Notes under the pieces: generated by a model
What the model saw: only the letters and a program-made list of their open reading frames with translations
Database searches by the model: none
Told to the model about the DNA's origin: nothing
Made by a program: the position numbers and the translations under genes
In this document: one piece after another, positions 40,184 through 53,067 of the stretch
Layout of the letters: the number at the start of each line of letters is the position of its first letter
Position numbering within the stretch: the stretch's first letter is position 1
Assembly: GCA_963693365.1 (NCBI GenBank)
Contig: CAVNZM010000003.1
Location: forward strand, 5,980,509 to 6,044,508
Length of the DNA stretch: 64,000 nt
Direction of reading: 5' to 3'
From: Amoebidium appalachense
Lineage: Eukaryota > Protista > Ichthyosporea

Positions 40184-41728
40184 ACCCCACACCCCAATCA
40201 AAGACGAAATCTTCTCATGCTGCTTTTTTTAACATGCTTATTCATGTTTAATGTTGTTGTTCTTCCTTATTGGTTCATTCTTAATGCACTGTGACCCCCC
40301 CCCCCCCCACACACACACACACACACTCACTCCCACTCCCTCCCTCCCACCTCCCCCTGTTGTCCCACGTACGAATCACCAACTTGCACATAACCACACA
40401 AGACATCAAATCCTTATCACGCAGAGAAACGGTACATGCATGGTTATCCAGTATCCATTCAGCTTCCCACTTCCTCAAGTCATTTCAGATTTTTCATTGT
40501 CGAATTCGGTTTTATTTGCTGCTAATGGAGAATACCCCCTTTCCTCATCACCACATACACACATGCTTACGTGTACGTACACGCAACACACACACCAACA
40601 CCCACACAGGAGTTTCAAAAGGCGTTGCCCGAGCTCTTCAGCTTCATGCTCCACACATTTGAGTGCGGACTGCGGGATCCAATGCCCACAAGTCTGCCAC
40701 TCAGATTTCGTGGTCAGCTGTGAAGTATGGAGCTGACATGCCTGACTAAGAGGGTGGTGCTCGGCCATCAGAGATCAGCAAGGTAAACAACTACCCCCCC
40801 CCCCCCCCCTTGCGTCCTCCCTGAGGATGGGCTCTGCTTATGACGCATACTGTGCACATGGCTGTTGTTGCGTGCTTGAATGTTTGCCTTTGCATGTGTC
40901 CTGCACCATGCTTCTCATCGTGTATGCGTATTTCGTACCGTGTTCTGCATTCAAACCCCCCCCCCCCCCCCCCCCACCCCATCATTGTGTTTTAGCTCCC
41001 GTCCGAAAGACAACGTATGGATATCGAAATGATGATATTGATAAGTCGTATGTATGGGTTACGTATCATCGTAGTGTTTTAGGATATTTCCTAAGCATGG
41101 GCAAGTATCATCCTATCATGTCATCTTTAGGTTTGGTATGGTAACATTGTGATAGCATTTTTCCCAGGTACATACATGCTCAGGCTAGCCAGAAAAGTTA
41201 AAAACACTCACACAATCTCCTTCTGTCCCAACCCAGTATGCAAAGACCTGGGAAAAGATCTGCAAGGTCCGGGAGAAGGCAGTCCTCAGCCTGTGAGCTG
41301 ATGAGCAAGACGAGAAGGGAGACACTGGCATGGCGGCTGACGAGATGGAGAACTCTGGCTCCAAGAAGCGGCCCAAGTCAGACGACGACTTGTCGGATGC
41401 CAGTGCTGGGCGCCCCATGAAGAAGGGTAAAAAGGCCCAGGGCGTGGCGTCTAGCGTGGTGGGTGGTGATGTGCATGGGTCACCTGTGTCTCGTGATAGA
41501 GCGGGTGATTCTGATGAGCAGGAGGGTGTTGCGCAAGCGGGGGGGGATGACAAGTATTGGGAGGAGTTGGCCAAGATTAGGGGAGGTAAAGAGGTGGTGG
41601 ATGGCGATGTTAGTAGTGGCGGGGGAAAACGAGCGAGGGAAGTGAGTGATGAGAGTGGGGATGAGAAGGGTGAAGGTGGGGTTAAAAAGCAGAAAGGCGA
41701 TGTGGGTGGGAGGGTTGAGGATGATTAG
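39885..41728 (+). pseudogene. Possible decayed intron-containing gene of unknown family
   Basis: Coding-like islands (CGRMYSVDP...CIMCMSP; PSVPTQYAKTWEKICKVREK; acidic/basic tail 41330-41728) separated by poly-C/CA tracts; stops and shifts present. Confidence 0.35.
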
Positions 41729-42651
41729 AATGAGGAGGAATAGGGAAAGACCCCCCCCCCCCCCCCCCCGGAGGGAAAAAAAAAAAGAATTAATACTTAG
41801 TTTATGTCTCTTTTGGTGTAGTCCCGGCCTCTGCAGGGGGGAGATAGGGAGATAGGGGGGAGATGTAGACTTCGTATTTTATTTGTGTCATGATGTTTGT
41901 TTTGTTTTGTTTGTTTGTTTGTTGGTTTGTTTAGTTTGTTCGGTGAAAGCTGGACTCCTGTGGAGTCTAACAGAGTGAAATGGTCTCTACTCCTGTGGAG
42001 TGAGACTTAGAAATTTTTTAACATGAACAACTTGTGCGGTTTTCTGCTCCAGTGGAGCGAGACATAAAGGAACAACAGTCTTAATGGTATCTCGTGTACA
42101 AATTGTGAAAAAGTTAGAAAGGCAAGAAGGAAGGGGGGGGGGGGGGGGGGGGGAGGAGGGAGGGAGAGGGGGGGGGGGGGAGGGGAGGGAGGGAGGGAGG
42201 GGGGGGGCGCACAACGGTGGTGGTTACTTTTCGTATTATGATATTACGACAGCTCGTAATCGTATATTGCGATATTCCAATAGTATTGTATTTAGTTAGT
42301 CATGGTATACTCGTAACATATTCTTTGGCTATGCATAGGATATCTTATGGATGGGCAAAGAGCTGTCGTAATGATGTATACACGACATGCTATGTATATA
42401 CATACGTGTGGTGTACGGGCTCTTATGGAAATGTCTACGACGGTATTATGGGGGTCGTAATGGACCCCAAGACCAGCCATATGTATATCATATGTATATG
42501 GTTGGTAATTCGTAAAATACATCGATGTATATCATATGTCATGGGTTACGATGGTATTAAGCCGCTCCTAAACATATACTTAAGATATGTGGGACCACCG
42601 CAAAAGCGGCAGGCTTGACACCAGAGCACGGCTACAGGCCGAACCGAGACC

Positions 42652-43133
42652 TCTCCCGGCATATCCAAGCCTATCTGGGCAGATCCCGGCATATCCAAGC
42701 CTATCTGGGCAGATCCCGGCATATCCAGGCCTATCTGCAGTGGGCAGATCCCGGCCTGTCCACTCCTATCTGGGCAGATCCCGGCATATCCACGCCACCA
42801 CCAGCCTCGGGCCCTGGGGCCAACTGGGGAGGACAGGGGGGGGGGTATTTAGACCTACAGGGAGGACAGGGGGGGGGGTATTCAAAGTTTAGACCTACAG
42901 GGAGGGGGGGGGGAAGGGGGGGGGGGGGGTATTTAGACCTACAGGGAGGACAGGGGGGGAGGGGGGGACGTGGTATGTGCAAGGGGTTGACTTTGTCAAA
43001 TATAGGATTGACAGGGGATCGACTTTGTCAAATCCCGAGTGAAATAGAGAGAATATACCAGTAGCGAGGGAGGGAGTGAGTGGGGGGGGGGGGGTACACA
43101 CGTTGGGGTCAGTCTGGATTCGACAAAGTCGAT

Positions 43134-43171
<38 letters not shown>

Positions 43172-43207
43172 GTAACACACACACCGTAACACACACACAC
43201 ACACACC

Positions 43208-43243
<36 letters not shown>

Positions 43244-43257
43244 GTAACACACACACC

Positions 43258-43295
<38 letters not shown>

Positions 43296-43362
43296 GTAAC
43301 ACACACCGTTACACACCGTAACACACACCGTTACACACCGTAACACACACCGTTACACAACC

Positions 43363-43400
<38 letters not shown>
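42652..43400. repeat. Minisatellite cluster (30-bp unit; TTTAGACCTACAGGGAGG unit; ACCGTAACAC unit)
   Basis: Direct inspection: ATCCCGGCATATCCAAGCCTATCTGGGCAG about 4 copies, then two further short-unit arrays. Confidence 0.85.
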
Positions 43401-43409
<9 letters not shown>

Positions 43410-45636
43410 GGGATTTGACAAAGTCGATCCCAAGCACAACCCCTGTATACACGGGTGTGGGGGAAAACAGAGGAGGGTAAACAGGAATGTTCTTATCACT
43501 AAAACAGTCCTTCCGCATTAACCAATCACATACATCCGCACCTTCCATATATGGCAACAACATTCTAAACCCCAGTGTATAAGACACATCCACCAATCAG
43601 AAACACGTATCGTACTTTTTACCCTCCTCGAAATCCCCCACAAACACAGAAAGCCCCTAGTTGTCCACAGTTGCCCGGCAGTTGGCACGACCAGGCGCAC
43701 GTGCGCACACCGAAAGCCACGGAAAGGGAGGGGAGGGGGGGGGGGGGTGCGTGGATGGGCCGCGCGCCCCAGGGGGCGTCCGGCGTCCGGGAGCCACCCA
43801 ACGGCCACTCGGGCGGGGGCCAGGCACGACCAACGCGGGGGGGGGATATGGGGGAGGGGGGGGGAGGGGGGCAGCCCCAGTGGCGCCGCAACCCGACTTG
43901 GGTGCATGCCCACGCCACGCTCGCCGCCGCCGCATCGCGCCTAAAACCTCGACGCTTCGCCGCGCGCGAAAAAGTGCGGGGAGTCTACCAGGGGTCGGCT
44001 TTGTCAAATCCCGACTTCGGAAATAGAGAGAATATACTAGTAGGGAGGGAGGGAGTGAATGGGGGGGGGGGGGGGGGTGTATATACAAAGTGTCGACTTT
44101 GTCAAATTGGGTTGGCAGGGGGCCGACTTTGTCAAATCCCGAGTGAAAATAGAGACAGAGAATATAGGGAGGGGGGGGGTGTATATACAAAGGGTCGACT
44201 TTGTCAAATCCAGGATTTGCAGGGGCCGACTTTGTCAAATCCGAGTGAAATAGAGACAGAGAATATAGGGAAGGAGGGAGGGGAGGGAGGGGGGGGGGGA
44301 TAGAGGGAGGGAGGGGGAGGGGGGGTATATGCAAGGGGTCGACTTTGTCAAATCCCGGGTGAAATAGAGACAGAGAATATAGGGAGGGAGGGAGGGGGGA
44401 GGGGGGTATACGCAAGGGGTCGACTTTGTCAAATCCCGGGTGAAAATAGAGACAGAGAATATAGGGAGGGAGGGAGGGGAGGGGGGGGGGGTACACACGT
44501 TGGGGTCAGTCTGGATTTGACAAAGTCGATCCCAAGCACAACCCCTGTATACACGGGTGTGTGAGAAATTAGAGGAGGGTAAACAGGAATGTTCTTATCA
44601 CTAAAACGGTCCTTCCGTATTAACCAATCAGGTACATTCACACCTTCCATATATGGCAACAACATTCTAAACATCAGTGTATAAGACACATTCACCAATC
44701 AGAAACACGTATCGTACTTTTTACCCTCCTCGAAATCCCCCACAAACTCAGAAAGCCTCTAGTTGTCCGGCAGTTGGCACATCTAGGCGCACGTGCACAC
44801 ACACCCTCACACACAAACACAAACACACACAAGCACAAACACACACACACACACACACACACCCCACACACACCCCACACACACCCCACACACACACCCA
44901 CACACACACACACACCCCACACACACACACACACCCCACACACACACGCACGTGCACACACACACACACACACCCAGGATTTGACAAAGTCGATCCCTGG
45001 CACTACCCTGGTATACCCACGTTTGTGAGAAAACAGAGGAGGGTAAACAGGAATGTTCTTATCACTAAAACGGTCCTTCCGCATTAACCAATCACGTACA
45101 TCCACACCTTCCATATATGGCAACAACATCCTAAACCCCAGTGTATAAGACACATCCACCAATCAGAAACACGTATCGTACTTTTTACCCTCCTCGAAAT
45201 CCCCCACAAACACAGAAAGCCATAAGTTGGTGGGATTCGCCAAAGTCTGAACGTCGAGCGCCATATTAAGTCCACAGTTGGAAGGGCGACGTCATTGCCT
45301 GATCGAAGATGAGCACTGGCTTTACACTAGTGGGCCAATCAAAAGCCGCTACGTGCACCGCAGCGCACCGCAGGCCGTTCTCTGCATCAAAAGACCAGCC
45401 CGGCCAATCGCACGCGGCTCTTTGCGCCCGCAGCGCACCGCAGGCCGTTCCCAACAGTGAAAGGGCCAATCCAGCCAATTACGTGCTGGTGTTTGGCCCC
45501 ACAGGGCCCCGCAGGCCGTTGGCTGAGAGGGGATGGGGGAGGGGGGGGGGGGGGGATAGAGGGGGGATAGAGGGGGGGGGGGATAAAGGGAGGGGGGGGG
45601 GGGGGAGGGGGTGTGTGTGTGCACGTGTGTGTGTGT

Positions 45637-45701
<65 letters not shown>

Positions 45702-46077
45702 GCCATGCATGTTTAGGCACGATCTCGGCGTGAATTCGACGCCGCGATCCGATTGGGCGAGCGCCGGGGTGCGAATTTGGGGCCTTCGGACGTCGGTTTC
45801 TGATTGGCGCGTATTTTTAGAACCTCGGAGCTCCGAGTCAACGGACAAGAGCCACCCCAACTACCGTATACATGGGTGTGGGGGAAAACAGAGGAGGGTA
45901 AACAGGAATGTTCTTATCACTAACATGGTCCTTCCACATTAACCAATCAGGTACATCCACACATCCCAAATAAGGAAGGTTTGTTCCATACCCCAGTGTA
46001 TAAGACACATCCACCAATCAGAAACACGTATCGTACTTTTTACCCTCCTCGAAATCCCCCACAAACACAGAAAGCCA
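43410..46077. repeat. Four dispersed copies of a ~210-245-bp unit
   Basis: GAGGAGGGTAAACAGGAATGTTCTTATCACT...ACAAAC(A/T)CAGAAAGCC at ~43410-43655, 44513-44758, 44977-45221 and 45865-46077. Confidence 0.9.
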
Positions 46078-46379
46078 GAAGTTAGGACGGGGTTTTGCGC
46101 ACGTGGGCACGTGGGTGGCGTATGTACGGCATATGGAGGCAGAGGAGGTCTTCCCGGGCTGGTACAGACCTGCCGGTTAGACGGGGAGGGGGAGGGAATG
46201 GGGAGGGAGGGAGAGACGGGGGAGACGGGGGAGGGGATAAAGCGAGTGAGGGGGGGGAGGGGGTGTATATACAAAGGGTCGACTTTGTCAAATCCCGAGT
46301 GGAATCTGAGATCATATAGGTGCATAAAAAAGTGCCTTTTATTAATTTTTGGAGACCTGAGGATGTAGTGCCAGGACAC

Positions 46380-46790
46380 AACACATGGATGGAGTGTGTA
46401 CTAGTACGTGCAATCTTAAATTTGATTGGACGAGGGCGCATCAACCGGTACTTGTCCATTTCCGCGTGTAAAATATATAGTAAACATATCTAAAAAGGAC
46501 ACACACAGGGATGGAGTGTGTACTAGTATGTGCAATCTTAAATTTGATTGGACGAGGGAGCACCATCCGGTACTGGTCCATTTTCGTGTGTAAAAATATA
46601 GTAAACATATCAAAAAAGGACACACACAGGGATGGAGAGTGTACTAGTATGTGCAATCTTAAATTTGATTGGACGAGGGAGCACCATTCGGGGTCTGTCC
46701 ATTTCCGCGTGTAAAAATATAGTAAACATATCAAAAGGGACATCCTAGAGGGATGGATTGTATACTAGTAACTCAAATCTCCCTTTTTGA
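46380..46790. repeat. ~120-bp tandem repeat (about 3.3 copies)
   Basis: GGATGGAG(T/A)GTGTACTAGTA...AAATTTGATTGGACGAGGG at ~46387, 46509 and 46630. Confidence 0.9.
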
Positions 46791-46854
46791 TGAGACGAGC
46801 TTTATTTTTTTTTTCCGTGCCTGAGTGTAGACCACACGGTTGCCGGAAGCAGTC

Positions 46855-47875
46855 ATGCCCTGCCCACATGGCCGCCGACGTTCAAGATGTGTGCCCTGTG
46901 GGGGCAAGGGGGTGTGTGCTCACAACAAACAGAGACATCGGTGCAGGTTGTGTAAGGGAGCATCCATTTGCGAACACAACAGACAGAAATCCATGTGTAA
47001 AAGCTGCAAAGGTACCAGTTTTTGTCAACACAACAGACGGAAAAACACGTGTACTGACTGTAAAGGAAGCAGCGTATGCCCACACGGCAGGCTGAAACAA
47101 CAGTGCAAGCCCTGTCACGGCTCGTCCTTTTGCAATCACAACAAGCGGAAGTCGTGTTGCACTCTGTGCAACGGTCGAGGTATCTGCCAGCACGGGAAGT
47201 ACAAGTATTACTGTAGGCTGTGTGACACAATGTACTTTTGCCCAAGCTGCAAGTTGGTCTATACACGCAAGAGAAACAAACTGTGCAGCCACTGCGACCC
47301 CCGAGTCCAAGAGGCGCAAGCGGTGGAGCGACGCCCGCCCCGAAATCAAAGTCCTCATGCACCTGTCCGTGCACATTGGCCCGCCCACAAGCCACGACAA
47401 GCAGGTGCAGAACGAGTGCGAGGAGAAAACACGGCCGGACCTGTACTACGACATGGCCACGCATGTGGTCATAGTGGAAGTGGACGAGAACCAGCACAGA
47501 GACTACTCCAGCACCTGCGAGTTGGCGCGCATGTACAACCAGGCGTCGGCGTACGGCCTGCCGGTGGTCTTCCTACGGTTCAACCCGCACGCCTTCCGCG
47601 TAGACGGGCAGCTTGTGAAGGCCAGATTTGGCGACCGTCTGAGGTCGCTCGCAGCGGCAGTGGAGGCATGCAGGGAGTACGACAACGTCTTTAGTGGCGA
47701 CGAGCGCATGGCCGTGTTTCGGCTGTTCTACGACAACGAGGGCGACACGGAGTGGAACGGCATAGCGCACATGCGCCGACTGGGGAGGGAGGAGCTGGCG
47801 GACGGCCTGAAGTTGGTTGTGGGAGGGGCCCCGGCGGAGCAGCAGCGGCATGCGGAGTCGACAGGTGGCTGTTGA
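46855..47875 (+). CDS. Cys/His-repeat protein with a C-terminal PD-(D/E)xK-like endonuclease (giant-virus type); +1 frameshift in C run 47298-47302
   Basis: About 7 CxHxRxKxxCxxCxGxx repeats, then RPDLYYD...VVIVEVDENQH...CELARM...VFLRFNP; intronless. Confidence 0.8.
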
Positions 47876-48552
47876 CGGCAGTAGACTTTTGAGTTATAGG
47901 GAGAGAGGGAGGGAGGGGGGGGGGGAGAGGGGGGAATAGGGGAAGCACATGTGTTCTAAAATATAGCAGCGGTGCGCGCACGCATACACACATTCAGGAT
48001 TTGACAAAGTCGATCCCACGCTCTACACCGGTGATAAGACACCAATGAAAAGCTGGTATCCCACGAGTTACCAGTTTTGGATTGGCTTCTATAAATAGCA
48101 GCTGGTCTTCAAGTTGGGGGGGGGGGGGGGGGTCACGGTGTATATTGCAAGGGGTCGACTTTGTCAAATCCAGGATTGGCAGGGGGTCGACTTTGTCAAA
48201 TCCTGAGTGAAATAGATAGGCAAGGAAATATACACTGTGATGGCTTCCGAATAAAAGGCATTTGTCGAAAATCCCGAGTGAATATAGGGAAAAAATAAGG
48301 ATGGATGGGGGAGAGGGGGGGGGGATGGAAGGGGAAGAGTGGAACAGAAAAAAAAGGGGGGGGGGGGGGAAGGAAGGGAGGGGGGAGGGGGGGATGGTGG
48401 GAAGGGGGGGGGGGGGGGGTGGTGGGAAGGGGGGGGGGGGTGGTGGGAAGGGGGGGGGGGGGTGGGAAGGGGGGGGGGGGGGGGGGTGGGAAGGGGGGGG
48501 GGGGAGGGTGTGTGTGTGGGGGGGGATGGAAGGGGAAGAGTGGAATAGAAAA

Positions 48553-48583
<31 letters not shown>

Positions 48584-48645
48584 CATTGGCCAGACACAAG
48601 GATTCAACTTTGTCGAAAAGAGCTATATCTAGTTTATTTGGTTGT

Positions 48646-49951
48646 TCATTCTACGTCCAACATCGGTACATGGCCACTATGGTACTGCATAAACAAAGGG
48701 GTGTCCGCTAGATACGCGAGGTACTCTCTGCGAACAGCCTTACTGGCGTTGGGTGGTGGGGGTGGTGTGTGTTTTTTGATAATGTCTTTCCGTGCCTTCA
48801 CCAAGAGAGCACCACATTCTGCGTGAAAGGACAGCACGAGGTTTGCACCGGAGCTGTTGTTTTTGTTGTTTATGTACCGAGCCAGGGAGCTGTTTTCCCA
48901 GTCGGTACCGTCTACAAAAAAGCCATGTGCCCCCTGTGCGACGTAAGCCGATACTGGCCTATCCTCCCTCTCTACCCCCGTGTATTGAAGCAATGCAGTG
49001 TTCTTTTTCAGAATATACGCATCCAACTCGGCTACATAATCACACTCCCGCCCAATGTAGCACAACCCGACACCGGCGTCCTTTGTGTATGCTGCGGCTA
49101 CGCCGTTTTCCCTGTCTACCAAAACCCCCCTCCTTCTCAAAAAGTCCCTCAGCTCCTTTTCGGTGCCAAACGAATCGTCCGGGGGTGGGGGCTTGGCCGT
49201 GCGTGCATCTACCGTGAACATGTCCTTTCCCGTGTAGGTGCTGACAAACTTCCTTCGTTTAAACACGTGCGTGTGCCCTTTCGAGGAGCACTTCGCTATT
49301 TCGTTTTGCATGCGCGGACCCGCGCTCCCCTTCCCCCTCTTACCCACACCTCCGTGATGCACACGTCTCCTGAGCCGTTCCGTCACCAGCAACCCGCGCA
49401 TTACCTCCTTCTTCTTTTCGTTCTTTTTGCGCGCCGACCTCCGCACGGGAAGCCCCCCCTCCCCCCTCCCCCGCTGTCACCCGTCCTTGCCTTCCCCCCT
49501 CCCCCTCCCCCTCTGGGCCGAGATGCTCGCCGCTCCCCGTGCCTGCCGCCACGGCGCCCTTGTGGCCTGCCTTCCCCCCCTCCCCCTCCCCCTCTGGGCC
49601 GAGATGCTCGCCGCTCCCCGTGCCTGCCGTCTCGGTGCCGTCGTTGGCTTGGCGTGCACTACTAGTAGCCGACACATTGGAACGGCAGTAGCTGTTGTGG
49701 ACCTCGTTGGCTTTCCGTCTCACTAAATCACAGAAGTAGGGTTCCCGGCACCCGCCCATGCACGCATCTTTGCGCTCGACTCCCTGGCATGACTGCTCCA
49801 GAAGGTGGGCATTATATACTCTCTCGTGCACAGAGACGGGCTTTAGTTCCCACTCTATTGCACACAAAAACTTCTGGCAACCGGGACACGAGTCCCTGCA
49901 TTGGACCCGGGCCGCGCCCTGGATATCTACTTTGCATCTTTTACGGCCCAT
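48646..49951 (-). CDS. SET-domain protein, probably fused to a Cys-rich N-terminus via a frameshift in G runs at ~49450-49475
   Basis: DAGVGL, LQYTG, FFVDG, LARYINN, VKARKDI and terminal LFMQY follow SET motif order in 48646-49446; the upstream ORF 49340-49951 has about 9 Cys. Confidence 0.7.
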
Positions 49952-50325
49952 GGCTTTCTAACGTGACAAGCCCTTCAAAGTTGTGTAACAGTTGTGTGGT
50001 GTCACTGGTGTGAGCACCGTGAATCTTTCCAAGGCTTGGGCAGCACCAATCAGAGGAGGGCTGGCTGGGCCACGTCCTGATTGGCCCCAAGGGCACCAAG
50101 ATTTTCAAACAGAGGGGCGTGATGCGCGCCGGTGCATCGACCACCAACGTAGCACACACAAAAAAAAATAAAAAATAAAAAAACAAAAAATAAACTTTTT
50201 TTGAAAACACGGCCACACAGGTGGGTGCAAGGCCGGGACTCAGAGGGAGGGAGGGGGGGGGGGGGAGAGGGGGGGGGGGGGGGGGAGAGAGAGGTGCAGT
50301 AAACAGTTGCCCTTTTTACTCCGAG

Positions 50326-51282
50326 TCAATACCGCGCCAGCGCGGCAAGCACAAACGCAAGGTCCTGTGCCATGAAATGGCTGATGCGCTGCACACGCGC
50401 GACTGAGGTCGTGGGGACGGCCACAAAGCCCACCCCGTCCATGTTCACCATGTACGAACGGCTAAACACGTGCAACAGGACGGCCGCCACCATGCCGCAC
50501 AGCGGCCTGTACGCGGCCTGTATGTAGCGCTCAAGGGCGGCCACGTTGAAGTACACAAAGTCGCGGCTGTTCCACGGCGCGACGTGTGCGAGCCGCATCC
50601 TCGCAAGGTCCCCGGTGCTCGCCGCGCGCACCAGCGCAGAGTGCAACATGAGGCTCAGGTAGAACAGGTCGTTCATGCGCGCGTCTCCGCACGTGTCGCC
50701 GACGGCGTCCATGGCTGGCTGTGGCATGTGTCCTTCACTTCAGTGGGCAGGGGGATTTTTTTCTGTGTAGGTGCCCACCAACGCCTCTTTCAGGCTTGAA
50801 TGCCGGAGGGCCCGGCGCAGCAGGTCGAGCGCCGTGATGCCGTAGCGGGGGCCAAAGGAGGGGTCGCCGCAGAACCCCGCGACACCCTCCACGCACAGGC
50901 CGTTGCCCTCCCAGAGGCCACGGAACTCGGCCTGCTCCTCCTCGGTCATGGGGGCCATCATCCCCGAGGTCATGCCCCGCAAGGCCGCGCGCCATGCCTG
51001 TTCCTGGGTCGACTGGGTCGGCGGCGCACCCTCCCGGGGGGCCCGGGGCTCGGTGGCAGCGACCTGATGCACGTTCCTTGCCTCGAGCTGTGCCCTTTCG
51101 CGGCGGAGGTCTGCCTTCCTCCACTCCTCCATGATTCTCTCGGCCATGCTCATGGTTGCGGCCTTGCGCGTGCGCTTGACGAACCGCAGCATGCTGCTCT
51201 TGGGCACCGGCTTGCCTGCGGCCGTGCCCTTCTGGCCAGCCGCGCTGCCTTTCTTGGCAATGTTGGCGTTAGGTGGCTGCAT
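50326..51282 (-). pseudogene. Hypothetical intronless protein split by one in-frame TGA at 50740
   Basis: The 180-aa and 133-aa ORFs share a frame, with only 4 codons between the stop and the next ATG; GC-rich coding-like composition. Confidence 0.55.
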
Positions 51283-51371
51283 TTTGCACTACCCCACACA
51301 AACACCAGAAAAATACGTTTTGTGTAGGTGGCGGCCGCTTGTTTTGTGGACTAGAACACACGAAAGAACAG

Positions 51372-51590
51372 ATGTCTACAGCAGCAGGCATTGGGCTGCC
51401 CCCCGTGTGGTTGGTAGCTATCCAAGTCGTGGCAGTGCTTGGAAAGGTATTTGCCACCTTCTTCTGCCTTGGAGACAAGAACTCCACGGCCACGGCAAAG
51501 GCGCAAATTCTCACTGACCTACTGGTGACAGTCGTGGGGTGTGCCGGCCTGTTGTACGTGTTGTACGGGAAGGGGTCGAAATTTTGGTAG
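51372..51590 (+). CDS. Small protein with two predicted transmembrane segments (72 aa)
   Basis: Hydrophobic stretches VWLVAIQVVAVLGKVFATFFCL and LLVTVVGCAGLLYVLY; divergent from the 51282 gene. Confidence 0.5.
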   Translation: MSTAAGIGLPPVWLVAIQVVAVLGKVFATFFCLGDKNSTATAKAQILTDLLVTVVGCAGLLYVLYGKGSKFW

Positions 51591-53067
51591 GCACCAGTGG
51601 TGCTCTGTTGGCCAATCGGCTGGCTCCACCAACATTCCTCAGATCGTGCCAAAAAGCATGCCCGGTGCATGCCCAATGTGCCAGATTCAGGATGCCGTAT
51701 CTCGGCTCCCCGTGGCTGTTTTTTCATTCTAAAAAATGCCCTGGCAAGGCCTTGATGTGTGCTTTGCAGCGGCGCACAGTACTACGTGGTCCGACGTACG
51801 CACACAGGAGCGCTGAGCTCCGAAAGTTGAGTGTTAACAAGGAATCTACCATGCAACAGGAGCAGCCTATTCATTAAAACATTAAAACACCGTTAAACGT
51901 TTTAACAGGCAAATCGATCCGGGGGGCTATTCCAAATTCCCAATTGCCAGTCTGGGGCTGGCTGGCTTTAAATGGGCTGTAAACGTCCAAATCAGGCACA
52001 ATTTGGTCCACACCAGGTTGACCAATCAAAATGCAGCGCCCAAATTCCTCAGATCGTGCCAAAAAGCATGCCCTGTGCATGCCCAGTGTGCCATTTTCAA
52101 GACGACGTATCTCGGCTCCAAGTAATTATTTTTTCATTCTGAAAAATGCCCTGGCAAGCCCCCGATGTGTACTTTGCAGCCGTCTTATTTGTTTTGGGGT
52201 CCGACACACGGATGTACATGCGCCTTTTTTCAGAAAACGTAGCACCGATAAGCCATCTCTGCCTGGACCTGAAACAAACTGCATTCTTTTGTGTTTGTGT
52301 TGTGTTTCGAGGAGTGTAAATTCCTTGTTTGCTTAATGCGGAAGATACTATGTGTAGAAGTGGCTTTCCTTACCCTCCTCTGAACCTCTCACACCCTAGT
52401 ACTAGTACTGTACAGCACCGTATCCTGTCACCATAGTACATGTACAGGCATATGTGCAGCCCACACTGCCCGACGTGGCCGTTTGCCCGGCCTCATCCGA
52501 CCGTCGGACCGGCCCCAAAATTGGATAAGTGGTAGAGGGCCACTGGCACATCGTGCTGCTTTATTCAGACTCAAAAAATGTTGGGTTTGGGTCGAGATAC
52601 AGCGACGCAAAGAGGGTGGTTTACCCCCCCCCCCCATCCCTATACCCCCCCCCCATCCCTTTACCCCCCCCCCATCCCTATACCCCCCCACTCCCTTTAT
52701 CCCCCCCATCCCTTTACCCCCCCCCCCCACTCCCTATACCCTTGCATACTATAGTATACATACCCCCCCCCTTTTTTTTATGTAGTGACACGTGTCCCCC
52801 CCTTTTTTATGTAGTGACACGTGTCCCCCCCCCCCTCACTTCTAACTCAACCTGGATTTGACAAAGTCCTGTACTAGTAGGGCAGATGCTCTCCTCCAAA
52901 CCCATACACCCACACACACACGTGCACACACACACACACACGTGCACACCCACACACACACGTGCACACCCCCCCCCTCCCCTTTTCCAGAGATGACTAT
53001 CACTTTGAAACAATCAAATTTGAAAGGACAGGGGTTGTTTTGTTGTTTTATGTCCCTCTACACAAAA

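Larger units (their letters stand above)
42985..52868. repeat. Dispersed GTCGACTTTGTCAAATCC motif family, about 19 copies, both orientations
   Basis: Forward cores near 42989, 43021, 43997, 44095, 44125, 44197, 44228, 44341, 44422, 46281, 48157, 48189, 48607; reverse near 43118, 43413, 44514, 44979, 47999, 52856. Confidence 0.88.

Noticed and set aside
42985-44440. Repeat-spacer pattern of the GACTTTGTCAAAT motif as CRISPR
   Set aside because: Spacers are themselves repetitive and low-complexity, spacing is irregular and orientation mixed.
21719-50742. In-frame TGA codons suggesting an alternative genetic code
   Set aside because: TGA terminates the Copia pol ORFs normally and a premature TAG and frameshifts also occur; point-mutation decay is simpler.
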